Translations under genes and position numbers: made by a program
Notes under the pieces: model-generated
Told to the model about the DNA's origin: nothing
Seen by the model: only the letters and a program-made list of their open reading frames with translations
Databases searched by the model: none
Shown here: positions 1 to 14,029 of the stretch, piece after piece
Numbering within the stretch: position 1 is the first letter of the stretch
Layout of the letters: the number at the start of each line of letters is the position of its first letter
From: Octopus bimaculoides
Taxonomy: Eukaryota
Reading direction: 5' to 3'
DNA: 64,000 bases
Assembly (NCBI RefSeq): GCF_001194135.2
Contig: NC_068986.1
Span: forward strand, 38,261,178-38,325,177

Positions 1-249
1 GTGTCCCATCCTTATTAAATCTGCATTAGATATAAGGCAATTTTCGATACATTTAAAAACAAAGTATGTTTTGCACACTGGTAAATACAGTATGTATTTA
101 TATATAATGTTGATAGAGACTTTGAAGTTTTGGCAAATCTGGTTTTTAGTCTATGTTCATATTCATGCCACTGGCTACTCTGAGTTATTTCTCTTAGCTC
201 ATTTTTATTTAGTGTAGATGTATGTGTGTGTGTAAGCATAATACATATA

Positions 250-630
250 TGTTGGCCTGGTCCTGAATGCAGAGGACATGTAAATATCAGATAGAAATGA
301 AGCTAGCATTCTCTATTGGCTGTTCAACATCAGTGTCCATGTGCAACAAATTGCTTATGTGTTGAGAGAAAAATTGGGAATCAGGTGTTACATGCAACTA
401 AGAAATGTGTGCTGGCATGATCATGTAATGTATATATATATGAAGTCAGCTGCAGGAATAAGTGCCAATTGCTAAATGTAGATAGAACATGTTGAAGAGG
501 GAGGCTCAGAAAGACATGGGACAAAATAGTGAAGAGTGACTTCAGGGTGTTGAGCCTCGTGGAGGAGTTACCAAATAGCTGATGACTTGTTGTGCTCAAG
601 AAGACTCATGTGTCGCAGAAAAACTAAGGT
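250..630 (+). mobile_element. Degraded RTE-type LINE ORF2 C-terminal fragment
   Basis: Translates with stops and shifts to RNEASILYWLFNISVHVQ..LREKLGIRC..WHDHVM..RGRLRKTWDKIVKSDFRVL, homologous to the LINE at 59168-60550. Confidence 0.75.
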
Positions 631-1190
631 CCTAAAGTATTTATTTCTTTATTGCTCACAGGGGGATAAACAAAGGGATTAAGTTGATTACATCGACCCC
701 AGTGTGTAACTGGTATTTATTTAATCGACCCCCCCCCCCCGAAAGATCCTAAAAGTATTATGTTTATGTCTATAGACACAATCGAGCTCTACCCATGCAC
801 TCAATCTGTACTGCCATAGATCACACTTCTCACTGCATTCTGTTTTTAATTTAAATTCTGGGACTATCTTCCTTGCAATTTTTGACTAGAATTATTAAGA
901 TAATGAAGATTTTTCTTTTTTTTTCCACTACGTGTGTAATTTTAAGATTTCTTGGTTTGCTATGTTATGTATTAGTAGCATGCAGCACCCATTTTACTCT
1001 GACATGTTTACTAGCAAATTCTAGACTGACAAACTAAAAGATAAGTTGTAACTTTGAACAACATTAGTTGGTGGCAGAAACAACCATGAATCAGACTGAA
1101 TGCCAACAATATTTAGCTTTATCGCTGTTTATTTGAAGTCTAAATCCTTTAGTGGGTGAATTTAGCTTGTGGTAATATATATATATATAT

Positions 1191-1224
<34 letters not shown>

Positions 1225-1559
1225 AGATAATCATTATCATTCTTCGTTTTGCTTTTATAGTTTCAAAGGCCTTTGATATGTCATTGTTACCGCAACTGTT
1301 CACTGTTAAAATTTGATTTGCAGACATTCTGTTCACTTTCCTGGGGCTATTCTATAGGTACTATATATTTAGATTAGTAGGATTAGCTGCACAGTGGAAG
1401 AAATGTGGGAAAGCGTGTGGAGTGTGATTGCAATCAAGACATATGATGGTGATTTCTGGATCTATGCTGCTGTGACATTTAGTATGGCCTAAAACCTAGA
1501 GCACAAATATGCTCGTAAACATCTTTGTTTCTCATGGTAGACATTCTTCTTTCTTACTG

Positions 1560-1914
1560 ATTTTGAGCTGGTCTGGTGGTGAGTAGTTTTACAGTACTGT
1601 GACTGGCACTCTGTCAGTTACGATGACGATGGTTCCAGTTGATCCAATCAATGGAATAACTTCCTCATGAAATTAATGTGCAAGTGGCTGAGCACTCCAT
1701 GGATACATGTACCCTCAACATAGTTTTCAGGGAGATTCAGTGTGACACAGAATGTGACAAGGCTGGCTCTTTGAAATACAGGTACTACACACTTTTGCTA
1801 GCTGACTGGACTGGAGCAATGTGAAATAAAATGCCTTGCTCAAGGACACAGCACATCACCAGGAATTGAACTTGCGACCTCATGATCATGAACCGAATAC
1901 CCTAACCACTAAGT
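1560..1914 (-). mobile_element. tRNA-derived SINE (family C)
   Basis: Minus strand begins cttagtggttagggtattcgg...gcaagttcaattcctgg (A/B-box-like), followed by gtgtccttgagcaaggca...ctccagtccagtcagct and a unique body. Confidence 0.7.
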
Positions 1915-2109
1915 CCCACAATTTCTGTTGTACCGTGTGAAGCTGATAACTGTGAATCACATCCTCAACTGGTCAGGTTTTTTCAGTGTCAATTCTTGGT
2001 TTTCTATAGTTAACACATTTTTAAATTGCCTGAGTTTTTTTGTTGAATTTTTGTGAGTAGATTTGGCTTAACTTTTCATTTATGTTCTGGATCTGTAGTT
2101 AGATACAGA

Positions 2110-2510
2110 CGTGGTTATGTCATTCAGAAGCTCATTTTGCAACCACACGGTTTTGGGTTCAGGCAGGCAAGTGACTTCTACAGCAGCTCCAGGCCAACTA
2201 ATAATACTTTGGGAGTAAATTTGGCAAATGGAAACTATGTGGAAACCTGTTATATATATATATATGTGTGTGTATTTGTGTCTGTGTTTGCCCTCCACCC
2301 ACTCCATCTCACTCTACCACTTGACAACTGATGTTGGTTTGTTTACATCCCTTTGACCTAGTGATTCAGTGAAGACAACTGATGGGATAAGTACCAGACT
2401 TAAAAAATAAGTACTGGAGCTGACCTGTTCGACCGATCTCCCTGCTAAAAAAAAGCACAGTGGTATCCTAGCATGGCCATAGTCCAGTGACTGAGACAAG
2501 TAAGCAAAAG
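2110..2510 (+). mobile_element. SINE family A, diverged copy
   Basis: ggcaagtgacttctac...ggaaact, central (TA)n(TG)n, gacaactgatgttgg...gactgagacaagtaag, colinear with the copy at 52322. Confidence 0.75.
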
Positions 2511-2712
2511 GTGAAGGATAATTATGGTGATATGAGTAACTTCTATTGTGAAACCAGAATGTATGATTGCAGTTGTACTTTATAGTATTTTTCTCTCGTG
2601 ATATAGATCAGCGGCTCTTAACCATTTTCTTTGTAGAGTCTCTCTTTTAAGTAGTTGTTATGCCTAGCACTCACTTAAGTGGTGAGTGAGGTATCACAAC
2701 TAAACTAGCTTC

Positions 2713-3185
2713 ACATGGATGATAATTTATAAATTTCACTTAAAATATGGATTGTATAAGCTTTTAATAGTGAAATGATAAATTGACAAAGACAAAAGTT
2801 GTAAGTTTACTTTATGCATTGCAAGTTAATGACTTCCCTGTACCTAATGAGATCTCACTTTATTTTAATAACCATCACTAGTTTTATCATGTGTTCTATA
2901 ATTACTTCTATAGGTAAAATTTAGAATGTTAATTATGTTCTCTAACTTGACATGGATGATAATTATAAACTTTACTCTAAAAATGGATTGTATTAAGCTT
3001 TTAATAGTGACATAATAAAAAAAAATTAATAAAGAGCAAGTTGTAAGTTTACTTTATGCATTTCAAGTTAATGACTTCCTTGTGCCTAATAAGATCTCAC
3101 TTTATTTTAATAACCATCACTAGTTTTATCATATACAATATTAAATTATTACTACAGGTAAAATTTAGCATGTTAATTATGTTAC
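2713..3185. repeat. Diverged tandem duplication, period about 237 bp
   Basis: acatggatgataat occurs at 2713 and 2950. Shared identical blocks of 25 and 41 nt. Confidence 0.9.
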
Positions 3186-3309
3186 CTCAATGCCTTCTAA
3201 AGCCTAATGTCCCTTTTGACATGTCCAGTGCTCCCTTGGTGGGAATGTATCATTCATGCTGAGAATCTCTGCTTTAGATGGTCTTCAGTTAGCATGTGTA
3301 CAACTTACA

Positions 3310-4235
3310 GTTTCTTTTGTTGTATCCAATGCTAACATTCACCATATTGGGCTTGCATAATTGAGGCCTATGTTCAAAGGCATTCTCACTGTGGCCATTC
3401 CCCCTTTTTAGGGTTATCCTGGACTAATTATCTAAGGTGTCCTTTCTATATTTAAGATATTAGTGTGATTTTTGAAGATATAGCTGTGGTTTCTAGTAAA
3501 ATATGTGATTATGTAGAGGCTCTCTTGTTGACTTAATATTGATTTCTTTGATACAATGGGTGTTTCTTTTTTTCTGCTATTTCATAAACATACTTGATTG
3601 AGTCATTTGTAATATTACTAATAGTTTCTGAGAGAGGTAAAAGACAACCTTTATGTTATTTAACCCTATAGGTGCAGGCGTGGCTGTGTGGTAAGAAGCT
3701 TGCTTCCTAACCATGTAGTTCAGGGTTCAGTCCCACTGCATGGTACCTTGGGCAAGTGTCTTCTACTNNNNNNNNNNGTTTCTTTTGTTGTATCCAATGC
3801 TAACATTCACCATATTGGGCTTGCATAATTGAGGCCTATGTTCAAAGGCATTCTCACTGTGGCCATTCCCCCTTTTTAGGGTTATCCTGGACTAATTATC
3901 TAAGGTGTCCTTTCTATATTTAAGATATTAGTGTGATTTTTGAAGATATAGCTGTGGTTTCTAGTAAAATATGTGATTATGTAGAGGCTCTCTTGTTGAC
4001 TTAATATTGATTTCTTTGATACAATGGGTGTTTCTTTTTTTCTGCTATTTCATAAACATACTTGATTGAGTCATTTGTAATATTACTAATAGTTTCTGAG
4101 AGAGGTAAAAGACAACCTTTATGTTATTTAACCCTATAGGTGCAGGCGTGGCTGTGTGGTAAGAAGCTTGCTTCCTAACCATGTAGTTCAGGGTTCAGTC
4201 CCACTGCATGGTACCTTGGGCAAGTGTCTTCTACT
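3310..4235. other. 458-bp duplication across a 10-N gap, probable assembly artefact
   Basis: 3310-3767 is repeated at 3778-4235, apparently base for base, and the first copy stops mid-SINE at the gap. Confidence 0.85.
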
Positions 4236-4514
4236 ATATCCTTAGGCCAACGAAAGCCATGTGAGTGAATTTGGTTGACAGAAACTGAAAGAAGCCCGTC
4301 ATATATATGTGTGTGTGTGTTTGTCCCCCCTCCATTGCTTGACAACCGATGTTGGTGTGTTTACGTCCCTGAAACTTAGCAGTTTGGCAAAAGAGACTGA
4401 TAGAATAAGTACTAGGATTACAGAGAATAAGTCATGAGGTCAATTTCTTTGACTAAAGGCGGTGCTCCAGCATGGCTGCAGTCAAATGGCTGAAACAAGT
4501 AAAAGAATAAAAGA
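4139..4514 (+). mobile_element. SINE family A, full length
   Basis: tRNA-like head ggcgtggctgtgtggtaagaagcttgcttcc...gggttcagtccc, then ccttgggcaagtgtcttctact, central microsatellite and gtaaaagaataaaaga tail. Confidence 0.88.
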
Positions 4515-6904
4515 AAATTTTTTGACATAAAAACTAAATACAATAGTATCTATTTCTCTTTCCTGTCTTGTTACAATTCAACTGATTTTCCTCGCATTCT
4601 TTTGACATAACACAAGAAATTTCTGTACAGATAGTTTGCAGACCATTGACTTGATCCCAATATATTACTGGTACTTACTTTATTGACTCTAAAGTCAGTC
4701 AGGTATGGCAGTAATCTTATTAAAGTAAGACTAACCTTTTTGATACTAACTTTCTTGAGGCAACTATTGGTTTTTTTGACACAGTTCTTTCTGTTTTAAA
4801 GTGATTTGAGTTAAAAGTTCCCACCAAAATTTTATGTTAATTTATGTTTCAAGCAATGAAAAAATTATTCCATAAATTCTGTTATTGGTATTCTGCTTCT
4901 GCCAATTCACTGCACTATCATTTATAAGTATTAGAAAGTAGTTTTCCACATGTTCCGCAAGGTGATCATAAGTAACTTTGTCTCTTTTGGGATAGAGAAA
5001 CTTCATAGTATGTAGCTTATATTTTCAAAATGTAGTTTCTGTTCAGTGAGTAAATTGAACATGTGTGTATAATTATGTATTGCTTTACTTACACTGGTGA
5101 GAGAAAACCACTTTTATTTAGTCCCTATGAACCAGAAGCTGTTTATCTTAAAGAACACAGGAGACTTTTTATGAAGAAGTGTAAATTATTTTCCCTGCTT
5201 TCCCTTCAAAGAAATATTTTATTTCTTGTTTGTATGTTTTTAAAAAATAGTTTGTTGTTGCCATTCTGCTATTCCAGACTTTTACAAATAAATAAATTAA
5301 ATGTAGAAGAAAAGCTAGGAAAAGCCATTACATTCTGTATTTATTGTAATATGCTCATTAAAGGAAAATAAATATTTCGATAAATCTTCTCATTGTTATA
5401 TAGAAAGCTTAAGTACTACAAATGAATGCAGCAAAACATATTGTGAAGGTGATGCTATTATTGTTGTTGATGTTGTTATTTTAGTTTTATTCAGCTCAAA
5501 CTATAAATAGCTAGATTTAGAGTTATCTTTATAAAGAAGAGTTAGGAAATGGATTTAGGTTAGTATGGTAACATTTGTTTGTAATAAGTGTAATGTTTTG
5601 AAAGGTCTATTGATAAAACAACTGATGGTGTAGAACAAAAGCTATCCTAGCTGTATTGATATTCCACTGATTAGTATCATATTTCAGCCTGAAAGATGCT
5701 GGCAGTTAACAAATTTGGGTTAGTTGAGTCTAACTATAACTAGTGCATGACCTGTGGTTCATGCCCACAGTAAGTAATACTTTGTTTCACTGAAATATAG
5801 GTATATATATATATATATATTCAACAAAGAATTAAGTAAAAGAGTGTAAAACAATATCAAAATAAAAGAAACATTCAATAGGTCAAAATACATATTAGTT
5901 TCTATACATTTTTATTTCTGTATATGACATTATGTGCAATAAATCACAGACTGGAAATTTTGACAATCAACAATGTCTATGTAGACAATGTTTTTAGTGA
6001 ATTTAATATTTTTATAATTAGGATGTCTGTTAGATCATTTTGGTATAGTAAATTGACTTTAACTGGCAAAAATCTCTACCTTTGACAGATTCCCAACTCT
6101 ACTGAGAGTGATACAACTGACCATATGTGAACATGTTAGTAGTATTGTAAAGAAAGCAACTGATTAAAATTTAACAAAGAAAAACTATTATTTATTTATT
6201 AGTTTTTTTTTAAAGAGAAATTCAAAGAATGGAGATTTATAAGTTTTTTTTTTCCACATAAAAATTAACTTTTTTGAGACTTTTATTTTTATTTTCAAAA
6301 GTGGTAGCTTAATGTCTTTGACAGCTGTGCTGAGAAATATAATGTGTGTGACTGTGAACATACATACTGTGGGAGAGAGCAAGAGAAAGAGGGAGAGAGC
6401 AAGAGAAAGAGGGAGAGTTGTGAACCCAACCAGAAATTATGTCACAGACAGACAGATTTCACAAAAATTGTAAAAATAATTTGTTCATGATATTAAGTTA
6501 TTTTGACTTCAGTGTGAAGTGTGCAGCCATTTTTTAATTGTCTCTGTCATCTATTATGGTATATTTATGTTGATGTTTTATTTGTGTGGTCTGCACTGTA
6601 AGGTTTTATTTTGATTCTTAATTATACCTACATTGCTAAAACTCTAGGGAAAAGGTTTGAACATGGCATAATCACTTTCTGCTTATAATATTTAGTGCTT
6701 AAATTAATGTTTGACTCTTAAAAATTCTTTTTATTACAAATTACACATTTTGAAATTACATTAAAACATTTAAAAATTATTAAAAAAAAGCACTTTTCTG
6801 TGTGTAACTATATCTAGACATATATGGAAAACATAAAATATATTATTAGCTGAAAACGATTTTTCAAGATAATTTTTGGAGAAAATTAGGATAATGATAT
6901 CTTA

Positions 6905-7310
6905 TCACCATCATCATTTAACATCCACTTTTCCATGTTTGCATGGGTCAGATAGAATTTGTTGATGGGATGCAGATTTTCTACAGCCAGATGCCCCTCT
7001 TGTTGCCAACCCTCAACTATTTTCTAGCAAGGTAATATTTTTCCATAATTGAAGAAATGAAAAAAACCTTGCTTTTATGATGACGATGCTCATTTACATT
7101 CATCCCATGATGTCTCAATGAAAGTACACACTAATACACACACAGACGCATGCATATTTATAGATATACAAGCTTCTTTCAGTTTCCATCTACTAAATTC
7201 ACTCACAAGGCTTTGGTTGGCCCAGGATTGTAGTAGAAAGTGCCATGCAATGGGACTGAATTCACAACCATATAGTTGGGAAGCAAGCTTCTTAATCACA
7301 CAGCCACAGA
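6905..7310 (-). mobile_element. Chimeric SINE: family-A 5' half plus RTE-like (gat)n tail
   Basis: Family-A head at about 7150-7310, joined via (CA)n to a tail ending aatgatgatg. Same architecture at 12630-13085, 15610-15990, 16460-16850, 18945-19400 and 62670-63030. Confidence 0.7.
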
Positions 7311-7894
7311 AAGATTTACACTGAGATTGCTAGAATTAAAGTTCCGAGAAAACAATTTATTTTATTGTTTCATATATTTCCAATGATTGTATTTCACTGT
7401 ATTTCTGCACTGTCTGTAACAAAGCACATGATTTGATACTGCAGAATCTAAGTGCCCAGTACACTCTGTAGAGTGGTTGGTGTTAGGAAGGGCATCCTGC
7501 CATAGAAACCATGCCAAAGCAGACATGGAGCTCAGCCAGCTCTTCAGCTAGCCAACTCCTGTAAAACCACCAGCGTGGAAAATGGGCATTAGATGATGAT
7601 GATGATTACTGTCAAATGTTACTCTTATATTCATATTGTTTTGGATTAATCATGCATTATTTTGAAGCTTTGAGATTTTGATAATATGACTTTATTTTTA
7701 GAATGACATAGTAGGATAGGTATGAGAGACCAGATCTGGTCAATTTGAACATAAAGCAGGTAGAATATTTGGGCTGAATATGGCAAGATTAAAAGCTAAA
7801 GGGTTGAGTGAGTTATCATGCTTGAAACCAATAGATATGTTGTGCTGCTAATCATTGATATATAAACCCATAAATCATATCTAAAAGTGTTATA

Positions 7895-8439
7895 TCCCTT
7901 TTGATATCAGCCTGCTCCCAATTCTATGTTATAAACTTCCAGTTTTAAAGTGATATAAATCAAAAAGTTCTATTAAACTTTCAGGTTAATTTACATTACC
8001 AAACATTGTTATCATCATCATCAACATTTAACATCTGTTTTCCATGCTGGGATGGGTTGGATGTCTTAGCAGGAACTGGTAAGGCCAGGGGCCACACATA
8101 GTTCCAGCCTGTTTAAGCTTGGTTTCTATGGCTTCATGCCCTTCCTAATTCTAACCACTTAAAAGAATGTACTAGGTGCATTTTACATGGTACCATCACC
8201 AGTACATTTTACATGGCACCAGCACCAGTGCTTTTTACGTGGCACCTTGGTTCTGTTGTGGTGAGTGGGTCTTCTTGAGTACAGTAATGTGTCACATATC
8301 TTGGTCCCCTGTCATCCTCTTTCAGCGTTTGAGATTGGCCCATGTTTTCCTGGGTTTTCCTCTTCCACATTAATAATGACAAAGTTATTTTACTAAATTC
8401 ATAATTGAAACAATAGAAATATGGTTACAGAAGGGTTAA
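7895..8439 (+). mobile_element. TTAA-type MITE (family P2) interrupted by an RTE 3'-end insertion at about 8013-8370
   Basis: ccctttt-gatatc start and aagggttaa end. Both halves match 53118-53555. The insert begins catcatcatcatcaacatttaac. Confidence 0.65.
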
Positions 8440-9072
8440 ACAAACATACAGTTTTAAACATATCAAAATGCTTTCAGATATTGGACTAATTGATTCAAAT
8501 CTATTAGTCCAATATCTGAATCAAATCTTTGTAATGATTAAGAAAAGCTTATGAATTTCACTTTTATATACAAATTGAATTTTCCAGTCTATCCATGCTA
8601 GTATGAAGTAGTATATCCCAATAGTGTTATCTTACTTAGAGAGGCAAATTCCTTGCAACATTGACTTATCATCATTTGTGTTGTGAAGTAATTCTGAAAG
8701 AGAAAGTAGTTAAGTACTGAAGCTAGACTGCTGTCTAATTTCAATAGAGGTTATAACATGAAAAGCTCATGAGGTATTTTTTTTTTTAATTAGATTCAGA
8801 AAATCATGAATTGGTTAGTAGCACATAAATTCAAATTCAATTGTAGGAAATTCTTTGGAGCAGCTAACAAAATAGACGAATGTAATTATCTTCAAGTATG
8901 ATTATACGTGTCAGTATTATAATTAGAGTTGTAGAAAGTACTTTATCTTGAAAAGATTTCCAGCAAACAAAGATTTTACTTTTAAAATTTCTTCTAGAAA
9001 ATGGTAGAATTTTCTTTAATCGAGTTTAAAAAGTATCCAGATGCCATCATCAGCATCATCATTTCAAAGTAC

Positions 9073-9103
<31 letters not shown>

Positions 9104-12022
9104 GTAATCAGAAATCCTATCTAGACATGTATTCAAAATAACATCTTATCTAAACAGCTGTTCTGTTTAAAGAGTCAAAATGGAAACCAAAACCTCTGAA
9201 ACTAAAGTGAAGTTCAGACTTTACTGGTATAAAAATAGACTGTAACTCTTGTTGTTTGATCAATCTAGTATTACTTCTATCGATAGTGTAACATTTCATC
9301 ATTTGTTTTCTGGAATATTTTTTTCCCTGTTTTCTCTTTGTCTAACACAAAGAAGTCTTTGTCTTCTCACCTATGGTATATTACTGATATGAATGAAAGG
9401 AAATACTGATGCGTTTGAGCACAAAACCCTGAACTTCTGAACTGTGTACTTAGCATATTATAGACTGTCTTCTCAGCGTTAACCTAACTGCTTGAGCTTT
9501 CTAGAATCATAAAGAAAATAAATATGACAGTCTGTGCAGCTGTGTGGAAGGTTTTCAAAACATAAAGTATTGATTTTATTGAAAATTCACTTTCTGTTGT
9601 CAGGAAAAGGATACATATATTACATATTGTAAAATATTAACAATGCTATTCAGTGAAAATCTCTACGTTTATTTACTTATTTATTATGCAAATACAACAT
9701 ATATATGTCAGAATGCTAATGTTTAAGCTCTGNNNNNNNNNNCATTGTGGAAAGGACCTCATAAAGTTGTAACTGGTTCTCTGTAACCTCTTTTCGTCAA
9801 AATACAAATGTACTACTGAATAACTAATAAATTTTGAGTGTGTAGGGACTGATTGGTTATTCAGGTCATCCTGAGAAAAAAGATAAAGCACTTACTCAAA
9901 CATAGCACAATGAAGCAAATGAAAGAAGCATGTTTTTGTCAAAAACTGAATCTACTGAAAATATAACATAGAATTTCTAAGAGGAACCAGTGCATTTCTT
10001 TGCAGAATATTTAAACTTTGCTTTTAATTTCGTGCCTATTACAAAATGGGGGGAAAAAATCCTTTGTAAGTAATATGTTTCTATACTATTGGCATTATTA
10101 GGATGATTATTAAAAATGAAGTAATAATTCCTTTTATGGTAGCAAAGGTGACATTTAATAGGATAAATTACTAAAGCATTAAGATTTTTTGTTTTTTATT
10201 TTCATCTTACATCGAGTGTGATATAAAATAGAATACGTAAAATAATTATAATCATAACATTAAGGTGGTTAAATGAAGGAAATTTAATTCCTTCTTTGAG
10301 CTTCTTTTACACTTAAAAAGAATTGATATTTAAAAAAGATGTTGATCATAGGCCTGCTTGATCATATTCTGGTCTGATGCTAAACAATCTAACTATACAT
10401 GCTGAGCCACTTTCATATTTCCTTGGGGTGTAATCCCATAAAAAAAAAAATCACTTCCTGGAATATACCTTTTTCAAATACAACCTTCCCTTTGGCGATA
10501 GTTGATGATTATCTCCCACTAGCAATATAAACACCAGTGCTTATATGCATCATAAGTCCATATAAGAGGTTCTCACACAGTAAATAATGCAGTGTTTTGT
10601 GTCCTAACACATCTACTTTTGAGTGGGAATAAACTATAACCTCCTTATTTCATCCACCTGTTAATATTTTCTGCCTACATACCTTCATCTCAAATATTTC
10701 GAGAAACAGTGCTACTTTTTCCCATTAATTTTCATAATTTTGTCTTAATTTTCATATATCTATATGATTTAATCATGCTTTTATTTTTTATTTAATATAA
10801 TTTAATATTTAAACATATTTTTATTATTCTTCTTTTGTAAAAACGTTCCCATAGATAGTAAAGTGAACATTGGTTGCTACTCGAAATTTAGGTTCGAATA
10901 AATTCTGTTCCAAGACATGTAATCTTGTTTAAAAAAGAAAAAAAAAATAGCTTTAGGTGTTTCTCACCAATCCTGGAAACATTTAACCTTCCACTGTGTT
11001 TCTATCTTCAATTTAGATTGTTTATGTGGTATTTCCTCACTATTGATTAAATGCCACATTTCAGTACTCCGTGATGGCAGCAAAATAATTGCTGTGTTGT
11101 ATAATTGCAATAGATATATCCAGCCTTCTCCAATTATTTTAGATTAGTAAGTAAAAGTATTACATATTGCACACACACACACATACACGCACATGCATGA
11201 GGGAAAGAGCAAAAGGGAGAGAGAAGAAGCGTTGATTAAAATGTTAGAATTTTATGACAACCGAAACCCAAACAACATAAATTTTTAAATATATGTTATT
11301 GCCAAAGTCACAAGTTGTCGAGTAAATTTTTGTTCCAGGCTAAACTTCAAAGCTCACCTTAAATATTTCTGGATAAAAGTTTACCTTAGAAATGTCTTTT
11401 TTAATTTGGCTGAAAACCTACGTTTTAAGCAACATTAAATATAATGAAATGTTCAGTTACATCACATGGTTGCTGCCAGTTGCATGTGAAAACTGTATTA
11501 GATCTTTCAAAGTAATGCTGATCTAATTTTCAGATAGGAAGATTTAATGTGTATGTGTGTGTGTATGTATATAAATGTATAAGCATGTGTGTACATAAGT
11601 GTAAGTGTATGTATAGATATGTATGTATGTTTGTATATATATATATATATTTATCTAGAAATGTAGAGATACATAGGTGTGTGTGTGTGTGTACATATGC
11701 ATGTGTATATGCACTTGCATGTTACAGTTAATGTAATGTTTAGATATTTATGGAGCAATATTCCTTTGCAATATTACGTGCATTGTGGCTTAACTTTTTT
11801 GTAATGGTATGTTGGTTTTATATAAGCTGCAATTACGGATGTTTGAACATCAAACTAAAGAATGGTTACCCTTTACTTCAATCTCTATATTTTGTTCTTG
11901 CTCTTTTCTCCTTTTCATTCTGTTATTAATGGCAGTGTACTGTGAGTTTCAGAGTGAATGGTAGCACCTGATTTGATTGGTTGAAAATATTGCAATAAAG
12001 ATGTTGCATTTTCTGGCTTTGC

Positions 12023-12459
12023 TTAACCCGTTAGCATTCCCATTATTCTGTAAAAAGTAATGCTTATCTGTTCACATTGTTTTGAATTAATCAGGTTTTA
12101 TCTTGTAGCTTTGAGATTTCAATGATATGATTGTATATTCTTAGAATGATGTTTTAGAGTAGGTGTGAGAGGCTGAATCTGGTCAGTTTGAACATAAAAC
12201 AAGTAGAATATTTTGGCCTTATATGGCCAGTTTAAATATTAAAAGATCAACCTTTTAAGCATTCAGATCATTTTGTCAAATGTATTGCTTATTTATTTAC
12301 ATTGTTTTGAATTAATGATGCATTATCTCATAGCTTCAAGATTTCAATGATATGATTGTTTCTTTTTAGAATGACATTGTAGGGTAGATGTGAGAAGCCA
12401 GATCTGACTGGTTTAAATATTTTGGCTGGATATGGCCAGCTTAAATGCTAACGGGTTAA
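12023..12459 (-). mobile_element. Tandem dimer of piggyBac-like MITE (family P1)
   Basis: Two units of about 220 bp. Outer ends ttaacccgttagcatt / aatgctaacgggttaa are perfect inverted repeats flanked by TTAA. Confidence 0.8.
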
Positions 12460-12562
12460 ACACTCTCATACCAGTGTCACTGTCTACCTAGTTTTGTATC
12501 TGCACATGCACTGTACAAAAGGAAGTTCAGACAGACCAAAAATTGTGTTAACTATATGTAGG

Positions 12563-12597
<35 letters not shown>

Positions 12598-14029
12598 GTG
12601 TGTGTGCATGTAAAATATGTATATACACGTATGGTAAGAAGTTTGTTTCCCAACCACGTCATTTAAGGTTCAGTTCCACTATGCGGCACCTTGGGCAAGT
12701 GTGTCTTACTGTGACCCTAGAATTCATAGACAGAAACTGAAAGAATCCCATTGTGTTATTTCTTTACTACCCACAAGGGGCTACACACAGAGGGGACAAA
12801 CAAGGACAGACAAACAGATTAAATCGATTATATTGACCCCAGTGCGTAACTGGTACTAATGTTAGGGTTACCTTTCTTTGACTTTATGTGATAATTGTAA
12901 ATGAGTGTCACCATTATTTAGGCAATATCCTCTGTTTCCAATCATGTCTGGTCAAAGGGAAATATTACCTTACTTGGAAACAAATAAAGGTTGGCAGTAG
13001 GAAGGGCATCCACTTGGAGAGAAGTCGGCTTCAACACATTCTGTGAACCCATGTGAGCATGGAAAAATCAACATTAAAATTATGATGCTGTTCATAATAT
13101 ATGTATGTACATACTTTTTTATTCTACAAAAATAAAAGTACTCAATATGAATTTGTGTGGGAAGTGCATAACTTGATATGTGTACAATCAAAAGAAGCTA
13201 AGTGCCCATTGATCATAAATGTAGCCTGTGAATATAATACTTGTGTACCTCAAATATAATATATTGTGAGTGGAAGGAAATTGCAGTTATTTGCAGTATA
13301 CACATATGCATACTACATATATTATTCATTGAATGCAACACTCAATTGCTAGGATGAAAAGTTGGGAAGTTGTGACAGTCGTTCATTTTTCAGAAAGTAA
13401 TGGAAGAAGTAGTCACAAGACATCAAACTTCAGTCACAGATCTCAGTGCCAGTGTCATATATATAAGTACAGATCTCAGTGCCAGTGTTGTAATATAAGT
13501 ACAGATCTGGGCACAACACTTTTACTGTGTAAGAAAAATATTTATGTTGAAAGCCTGGGAAGTCGGTCAATATTTAATGCTTCCATCGAGGATAATTTTC
13601 CCCAGACCATGAACACTGCAATATGGGAATATTAAATATTAACTTTGTCTACACTCTTTTGTGATAGATGTGCATTGTGTACTTTCATCACGATTGCCAA
13701 TTTAAACAGTTATGATTGTATGTTATTTTTTAATTAGATGGAGGAAGAGGACGGGCTGTGTATCTGACTTTTGTATGTTTTACTCAGTCTAGTGAGATCA
13801 ATGCAGTTGATGTTGAGGCTGGGAATCATGGGTAGAGGATACTGCAGCTCTTTAGGAAGATATGAATGGGAGAAATGTCTTGGGTAATATAGAGATTAGT
13901 AGATGCCATTATAGTTAGTAGCAATAGAAAAAAACATTCTGAGAAATGACTGAATTTGTGCCAGTGGTTGTTATTTAAACCTAGGTCAACCAAACCTGCA
14001 ATTAAAAGAACCTCAGCCATGACCACCCT

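Noticed and set aside
4139-4215. tRNA genes at SINE heads
   Set aside because: They have A/B-box-like motifs but no full cloverleaf, and they continue into SINE bodies.
3310-4235. Apparent recent segmental duplication
   Set aside because: Identical copies abut a 10-N gap, the typical pattern of an unmerged contig overlap.
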